Assembly: GCF_000733925.1 (NCBI RefSeq)
Contig: NZ_JPOO01000003.1
Location: 1,992,230-2,024,229 of the forward strand
From: Arenibacter algicola
GTDB lineage: Bacteria; Bacteroidota; Bacteroidia; Flavobacteriales; Flavobacteriaceae
Direction of reading: 5' to 3'
DNA: 32,000 nucleotides
Below the pieces are notes generated by a model. That model saw only the letters and a program-made list of their open reading frames with translations, was not told where the DNA came from and did not search any database. Both the position numbers and the translations under genes were made by a program. Position 1 is the first letter of the stretch. The number at the start of each line of letters is the position of its first letter. Shown in pieces: positions 26,491 to 32,000 of the stretch.

Positions 26491-29400
26491 TTAAAATTTA
26501 ACGTTTACACCAAACATGAAGGATGTAGAAAGTGGGTAGGTACCCTTATCTACTAAATCCGATGCTTCGGGATCCAAACCTGTATAATTGGTAGAGGTAA
26601 GGAGATTTCTACCGGATATATAAAGTCGTGCGCTGTCAAACCCTTGAACGCCATCTATGGTATAGCCAATTTCAATATTTTTCAAACGGAAATAGGATGC
26701 GTCTTCAACAAAAATACTTGAGACCTTGCTACTACCATTATCCTCAAAAGCAACCCTTGGAATACTATTGGTGCTGCCTTCTCCGTCCCAAGCCCCTAAA
26801 ATAGCCGCGGTGTAATTAAAAGGCCTTGTATCAAAATCTATGATCTTTTTCCCGTCATTATACCTGTCAATACCCTCTACTCCCTGAAAAAGCATGGACA
26901 TGTCAAATCCTTTGTATTCTCCTGTTAGGAAGATACCATAGGTAAGATCCGGGATAGAGGATCCTATAAATTCGCGATCAAAATCCGGACTTATTTTCCC
27001 ATCCCCATTAATATCCTTGAACCTAATGTCCCCTGGTTTGGAATTCCCTTCCAAAAATAAATGACTATCTATTTCTGCCTGATTCTGGTAAATCCCTTCC
27101 ATTCTATATCCGTAATAAGCATCCAAAGGCTGACCAACTACCGTTCTGGATTCGTTATTGACTATATTGGGCACATTTGGATGCAATTTTTCAACATTAT
27201 TTGTTACTGTTGAAAGGTTAGCGTTGATATTATATTTAAACTCTCGTTCTGAATTTCTAAAATTGACTGAAAATTCAAATCCCTTATTGCTCACCTCACC
27301 GGCATTGACTATGGTTGGCTGCAAATCGCCAAGGAAACCAGGTAAGCCTATAGGTAACAATATGTCCGTTGTGCTTTTGTCAAAATATTCCGCTGTAACA
27401 CCGACTTTGTTATTAAAAAGACCCAAGTCGATTCCAAAGTTGGCCTGAGTGGTAGTTTCCCATTTTAGATCGGGATTACCATAGCGTACTTTTCTAACAA
27501 TGCCTTCCGTTTGTTCTATTAATTCAGCGTAAGTGTAATTGTCTATATTTTGATTCCCCAGTTGACCCCAACTAGCTCTTAATTTTAAATCGGACAGCCA
27601 ATCTACTTCGCTTAAAAAATCCTCCCTTGATAGTGTCCAACCTCCAGAAACCGATGGAAAATATCCCCATCGATTATTTTCGGCAAACCTTGATGAGGCA
27701 TCCGCTCTTAAATTGGCGGTTATCATGTATTTATTGTCATAGGAATATGTAGTAGACCCAAAATAGGAGAACAGAGCAGATTCAGTACCTGCACCTGCGT
27801 TATTTTCGTCCAAGCCTTCACCTCCATAGGACAAATATCTAAACTCGTCTATGGAATATGGGAAACGCGCCCTGCTGGCAACGATGTCCGACTCTGTCTG
27901 TGTAACATATTCGGTACCGACCATAGCACTGAAGTCGTGTTTTTCACCGAACGACTTATTGTAATTTAAGGTATTACTAAAAGTTAGGGCCAAAGATTCC
28001 CCTCTTCTTTCACTTAGATTATTGGGCCTGTTCCTTCTTCCCAATCCTTGATCTATTGCACTTCCACCACCATCATCATCTCCGTAATTCTCATTAAATG
28101 TTTTGTCATGAAAAAAGGTAAGGTCTACCCCTACATTGGATCTAAAGGTTAATTCTTTATCCTTTAAAAAAGAATACTGACCATATATGTTGCCGAAAGT
28201 TTTGAATATTCTGGTCTGGTCATCTGAAAAATAAGCTTGCGCAATGGGATTTCCGACCATTTCGTACATAGTTCTGTTCAATCCTTGATCATAACCGGTA
28301 GCTGTAAAGAAAGGCATATCGGTAAAAGGATCTCTTTCGGAATAGGTTGGATCATTTACATCTTTAAAAACGGGTATTACGGGAGCCCTTAACAGCGCAA
28401 ATCGTATTAAACTTTCTCCTGTAGAAGGAACTTTGTCCTGGGTTGATGAAGACAATTGAACATTGGTCCCAATCTTTAATCTATCCGTTAGGTCGGCGTT
28501 GATATTAGATCTAAAATTCAATCTTCGGAATTTGTCATTATCATAAACCACTATACCATTTTCCCCATAGTATCCCAAGGATGTCAAAAATTGAACATTT
28601 TCACTACCTCCGCTGGCAGACAACTGTAGGTTTTGGGAACTTCCTCCCTCGAAGAGTTCATCCAGCCAATCGGTATCACCAAAATCTGCCCTGCCCCTAT
28701 CCGCAGTATATGGATTTGCTCCGGTATATGTATTGTTCCAAGCTTTCTCAGTAGTGTTTATATATTGTTCGGCATTGAGCATGGTAGGTAAGTTTGAAGC
28801 GGATTGAACACCATACCAGTACTCGGCCTCAAGCTTCATTTTTCCTGCTGAACCACTTTTAGTGGTAATCAGGACAACACCAGCAGATGCCCTTGAACCG
28901 TAGATGGATGCAGCCGCAGCATCTTTTAAAACCGACATGGTTTTTATATCGGACTGGTTCAAAAAGGTAATATCCCGAGACGGTACCCCATCCACAATAT
29001 ATAATGGATCGTTATTTCCAATAGTACCTACTCCACGGATACGAACTTGAATCCCACCACCTGGGGCTCCGCTACTGGAGGCAACCTGTACCCCAGCAAC
29101 TTGCCCCTGTAATGCTTGGGCAACATTGGAGGTTCTGGCTTTGTTCAAATCATCCACATCCACTACGGAAATTGCCCCGGTTAAAGTAGATTTCTTTAAA
29201 GTGGAATACCCTACAAGAACAACTTCATCCAAAGCATTTGCATCTACGGACATGGTAACATTAATTTGGGTTTGTCCATTGACCGGAATCGCCTGGGTCT
29301 TATAGCCTATATAGCTAAACAACAATACCGCATTGGTATCCACATTCGAAATGGTGTAATTGCCGTCAAAATCTGTAGAAGTTCCTATGGAGGTTCCTTC

Positions 29401-29535
29401 TATAATTACGTTTACCCCTGGCAGGGGACCTTCATCATCCGAGACGACGCCGGTAATGTTTTGTGCCAGCAGGGAGCTTCCAAAAAGAATGGCTCCGAGA
29501 AAAGTTAGCTTACTAATACAATTTTTCATCATCAT
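26491..29535 (-). CDS. SusC/RagA-family TonB-dependent outer-membrane transporter (no STN extension)
   Basis: 1014 aa. A signal peptide is followed by a carboxypeptidase-regulatory-like domain (ITGVVSDDEGPLPGVNVIIEGTSIGTSTDFDGNYTI). Plug motif LKDAAAASIYGSRASAGVVLITTK. The barrel ends FMFGVNVKF. Confidence 0.93.
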   Translation of the reverse strand: MMMKNCISKLTFLGAILFGSSLLAQNITGVVSDDEGPLPGVNVIIEGTSIGTSTDFDGNYTISNVDTNAVLLFSYIGYKTQAIPVNGQTQINVTMSVDANALDEVVLVGYSTLKKSTLTGAISVVDVDDLNKARTSNVAQALQGQVAGVQVASSSGAPGGGIQVRIRGVGTIGNNDPLYIVDGVPSRDITFLNQSDIKTMSVLKDAAAASIYGSRASAGVVLITTKSGSAGKMKLEAEYWYGVQSASNLPTMLNAEQYINTTEKAWNNTYTGANPYTADRGRADFGDTDWLDELFEGGSSQNLQLSASGGSENVQFLTSLGYYGENGIVVYDNDKFRRLNFRSNINADLTDRLKIGTNVQLSSSTQDKVPSTGESLIRFALLRAPVIPVFKDVNDPTYSERDPFTDMPFFTATGYDQGLNRTMYEMVGNPIAQAYFSDDQTRIFKTFGNIYGQYSFLKDKELTFRSNVGVDLTFFHDKTFNENYGDDDGGGSAIDQGLGRRNRPNNLSERRGESLALTFSNTLNYNKSFGEKHDFSAMVGTEYVTQTESDIVASRARFPYSIDEFRYLSYGGEGLDENNAGAGTESALFSYFGSTTYSYDNKYMITANLRADASSRFAENNRWGYFPSVSGGWTLSREDFLSEVDWLSDLKLRASWGQLGNQNIDNYTYAELIEQTEGIVRKVRYGNPDLKWETTTQANFGIDLGLFNNKVGVTAEYFDKSTTDILLPIGLPGFLGDLQPTIVNAGEVSNKGFEFSVNFRNSEREFKYNINANLSTVTNNVEKLHPNVPNIVNNESRTVVGQPLDAYYGYRMEGIYQNQAEIDSHLFLEGNSKPGDIRFKDINGDGKISPDFDREFIGSSIPDLTYGIFLTGEYKGFDMSMLFQGVEGIDRYNDGKKIIDFDTRPFNYTAAILGAWDGEGSTNSIPRVAFEDNGSSKVSSIFVEDASYFRLKNIEIGYTIDGVQGFDSARLYISGRNLLTSTNYTGLDPEASDLVDKGTYPLSTSFMFGVNVKF

Positions 29536-29657
29536 AAGAATTGTTTTAAATTTGGTTAATCAAGTTGAGCACTTTTTTTACTCCTAAAAGCAAGTCGGAA
29601 TAAATTATAACCTGCCTATAAATAGCCAGTTTCAAGTTGAAGTAAAATTAGAAGTAG

Positions 29658-29707
29658 GGTACACCAAAATGTGTACACTATTTAATCAAAAGTGTACACC
29701 AAATTGT
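29658..29707. promoter_or_regulatory. GTACACCAAA direct repeat pair flanking a GTGTACAC palindrome, upstream of susC-2 (candidate HTCS/AraC-type operator)
   Basis: GGTACACCAAAATGT (29658-29672) and TGTACACCAAATTGT (29693-29707) match at 13 of 15 positions, 35 bp apart. The perfect palindrome GTGTACAC lies at 29671-29678. The region sits 123-172 bp upstream of the susC-2 ATG and just downstream of the HTCS stop. Confidence 0.4.
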
Positions 29708-29739
29708 AAAACGTTTAAAATGAGAAGATTACATATGTT

Positions 29740-32000
29740 CTACAAACTAGACATAGCCTTAAGCTGATAATTTTTTGGAGTGATACTATACATTTTCTTA
29801 AATTCCCTATAAAAATAGGAACGGTTGTTGAACCCGGATTGATAGCAAACCTCCGAGACCGTAAGTGTATTTTTTCTCAAGAGCGCCGCCGCATGTTTTA
29901 ATCTTACGGTTCGTATAAGGTCCCCGGGAGAAAAGCCGTATATATATTTAATTTTTCTATAGAGCTGTGAACTACTAATTCCTAATTCTTTCTCTATGAA
30001 CAAACTTTGAAGGTTTTCATTTTCTATATTGTTATGAATAATTTTCAAAACCTTTTTCATGAAGTCCTTATGTTCATCATGCTCTAAAACATTCGTAAAG
30101 CTATCCATTGGTGTTTCCTTGGATAGATATTTTAGCATCACCTCCTTTTCTTCCAGGAGATTTTGAACTTTCACCTGCAAATAATCTGGATGAAAGGGTT
30201 TGGGAATATATGAATTTGCTCCACTTTCCAATCCTTCAATACTATGAATGACAGAATTTTTGGATGTAAGCATAATAAAAGGAATATGACATGTAAGGTT
30301 GTTGTTCCTTATTTTTTTACATAATTCCATTCCATCCATTTCCGGCATCATAAGGTCACTTATAATCAGATCTGGCATTTCCTTTTTCATTAATTCCAAA
30401 GCCTCGGCCCCATTATTGGCTGTTAGAACATTATATTTATCTATCAATAGTTCTTTTAAAAATACCCTTACATCTTTTTCGTCCTCAACAATCAAAACAA
30501 TTTTACGTTTATTTTGAAGAACATCAAGTGATGTTAATTTATTTGAAATATCTTCAGAATTGCCAGATCCATCTTCCAAAATGTTTTTTAGGTGATAGGA
30601 TATATTTACCTGCCCGGAATGCTCTTCCAATTCAGTATCCTTAAAGCTCCCCTTGTTACAGGGAAGCAAAACCTTAAATGAGGTCTCTTTCTTGACTTCG
30701 CTCGTAACCGTAATCTCACCTTTCAAAACTGTCACCAAACTTTTTACATATGCCAATCCTATCCCAGTCCTAAACTTATCGGTATCCGTATCCTTACTCT
30801 CATCCAACAATACAAATCTTGTAAATACGCGCTCCAATTTTTCTTTGGCAATACCCTCTCCAGAATTGGATACTATAATATTAAGAATATCGTAATCGTC
30901 CTCAATAAATAACTTTAGATTAATATTTCCATTTTCTGGAGTATATTTAAAGGCATTGGACAAAAGGTTAAATACGATCTTCTCAATTTTATCCTTGTCG
31001 AACCACCCCTGCAATAAGGATGGCATTTCCAATTCGTATTCAATATTTTTCTGAATGGCCCATTCATCAAATAATTCGGCAATTTGCTCTATTAAATTCA
31101 CTAGATCGAATTGCTTTACTCGCACCTCCACATAATTGCTTTCCGCTTTTCTAAATTCGAGTAATTGTTGTGTTAAAAAGAGTAATCTAGATGAGTTCCT
31201 TTCTATCATATTTATAAACCTCTGGTTCTTTTCACTTAAACCCACCATTTCTGATAGTTTTTGAACAGGTCCGGTAATCAAAGTCAAAGGAGTTTGGAAT
31301 TCGTGTGCTACATTGGTAAAGAAAGTAAGACGGTTTTGATGAATTTCTTCTTCTCTTTTTTGATTGATAATATTTTGTTTTAAAGATTGTTTTTTTTGAT
31401 AGTAACTGTAAATCAAAACAAGCAATAGAAGGAAAAGTAGCAAATAGACAGCGTATGCCACATTTGTTCGCCAAATAATGGGATCGATCTTAATATCTAT
31501 TGCTTTTGTGGGATTGCTCCAAATACCATCGCTATTGGTCCATTTTAACAATAGTGAATATTTACCAGGTGGTACATTCGTAAAGGAAATATTTCTTCGG
31601 TTGTTGATGTACACCCATTCGTTGTCAAAACCTATAAGCTGATAGGCATATGTGCATTTTTCACTGTGAATAAAGGTTAGGGCTGCAATGTCAATGTCGA
31701 AATAATTCTCATCGTGCTCCAAATTAATAGATGGAAAGCTGTTGCCGTTTGGGGAGACCACCAGATTTTGATAGTATGGCTCCTTCATATTTTGACCACT
31801 TATTTTATCAATAAGAATATCGGGAACAAACGGATCTTCTTCTATTTCCGAAGGCAAAAAATAGTTAAATCCTTTAATTCCCCCCATAAATACGTAATCA
31901 GAGTCGGCACCTTTATAAAAGGCTCCATCCGCAAACTCATTGTTTTGTAAACCCTCATTTTCGGTAAAATTGATAAATCTGGATTCATCGACTACAAAAT
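29740..32000 (-). CDS. Hybrid two-component system regulator (periplasmic propeller/Y_Y_Y sensor, TM, HisKA, HATPase, REC, AraC-type HTH); N-terminus beyond the window
   Basis: The track ORF starts at M (31887), but I checked that the frame stays open to base 32000 (...FVVDESRFINFTENEGLQNNEFADGAFYKGADSDYVFMGG...), which is propeller-repeat-like. Downstream I see a Y_Y_Y-like region (YAYQLIGFDNEWVY...PPGKYSLLLKWTN) and a TM helix. These are followed by the H-box NVAHEFQTPLTLI, an ATPase region, and REC (LIVEDEKDVRVFL...ISDLMMPEMDG). An AraC HTH lies at the C-terminus (VSEVCYQSGFNNRSYFYREFKKMY). Confidence 0.92.
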   Translation of the reverse strand, partial: FVVDESRFINFTENEGLQNNEFADGAFYKGADSDYVFMGGIKGFNYFLPSEIEEDPFVPDILIDKISGQNMKEPYYQNLVVSPNGNSFPSINLEHDENYFDIDIAALTFIHSEKCTYAYQLIGFDNEWVYINNRRNISFTNVPPGKYSLLLKWTNSDGIWSNPTKAIDIKIDPIIWRTNVAYAVYLLLFLLLLVLIYSYYQKKQSLKQNIINQKREEEIHQNRLTFFTNVAHEFQTPLTLITGPVQKLSEMVGLSEKNQRFINMIERNSSRLLFLTQQLLEFRKAESNYVEVRVKQFDLVNLIEQIAELFDEWAIQKNIEYELEMPSLLQGWFDKDKIEKIVFNLLSNAFKYTPENGNINLKLFIEDDYDILNIIVSNSGEGIAKEKLERVFTRFVLLDESKDTDTDKFRTGIGLAYVKSLVTVLKGEITVTSEVKKETSFKVLLPCNKGSFKDTELEEHSGQVNISYHLKNILEDGSGNSEDISNKLTSLDVLQNKRKIVLIVEDEKDVRVFLKELLIDKYNVLTANNGAEALELMKKEMPDLIISDLMMPEMDGMELCKKIRNNNLTCHIPFIMLTSKNSVIHSIEGLESGANSYIPKPFHPDYLQVKVQNLLEEKEVMLKYLSKETPMDSFTNVLEHDEHKDFMKKVLKIIHNNIENENLQSLFIEKELGISSSQLYRKIKYIYGFSPGDLIRTVRLKHAAALLRKNTLTVSEVCYQSGFNNRSYFYREFKKMYSITPKNYQLKAMSSL

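Noticed and set aside
31885-31887. ATG at 31887 as the start of the hybrid two-component regulator
   Set aside because: The frame remains open to base 32000, and the upstream residues continue a periplasmic sensor repeat. A 715-aa product would lack most of the sensor domain. I treated it as an N-terminally truncated CDS.
1-32000. Mobile elements, CRISPR arrays, tRNA/rRNA genes and defence systems
   Set aside because: I saw no spaced direct-repeat arrays and no transposase, integrase or recombinase-like ORFs. I saw no tRNA-like conserved arms in the intergenic regions and no long terminal inverted repeats. All large ORFs are accounted for by PUL, sulfatase or redox functions.

Overview
The window looks like a Bacteroidota (Flavobacteriia-like, about 40% GC) polysaccharide-utilisation island. 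I found no rRNA, tRNA, CRISPR array, transposase or integrase. All family calls rest on motifs I read in the supplied translations, because I could not run any search.

Layout from left to right:
(1) A minus-strand PSCyt1/DUF1549/DUF1553 haem-c protein at 1-1933. It runs off the left edge and is missing from the ORF track.
(2) PUL-1 core on the minus strand: FecR anti-sigma, then a SusC-type TonB-dependent transducer with an N-terminal STN signalling domain, then SusD. An ECF sigma factor is transcribed divergently.
(3) PUL-1 enzymes: a GH140/DUF4038-like hydrolase, a Cys-type sulfatase fused to a C-terminal PA14 domain, a GH30-like hydrolase, and two more Cys-type sulfatases arranged divergently.
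(4) A two-gene molybdo-iron-sulfur oxidoreductase (IorA/IorB-like), apparently co-transcribed with the third sulfatase. Its large subunit carries a Tat motif and a lipobox, and no cytochrome c subunit is present.
(5) PUL-2 on the minus strand: a hybrid two-component regulator (runs off the right edge), SusC, SusD, a strong hairpin, a cytoplasmic GH130, an MFS permease, and a 588-aa lipoprotein I cannot assign to any family. The last three genes have overlapping stop and start codons.

Most worth following up:
- The unassigned 588-aa lipoprotein, as a candidate new glycan-active family.
- A possible DonS-like cis-antisense sRNA in the anti-sigma/susC gap, marked by a perfect TAnnTTTG box plus a plus-strand terminator with no plus-strand gene to terminate.
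- The sulfatase-linked Mo-oxidoreductase module.
- GTACACCAAA repeats upstream of the HTCS-controlled susC.
- A 13-bp-arm inverted repeat between the divergent sulfatases.
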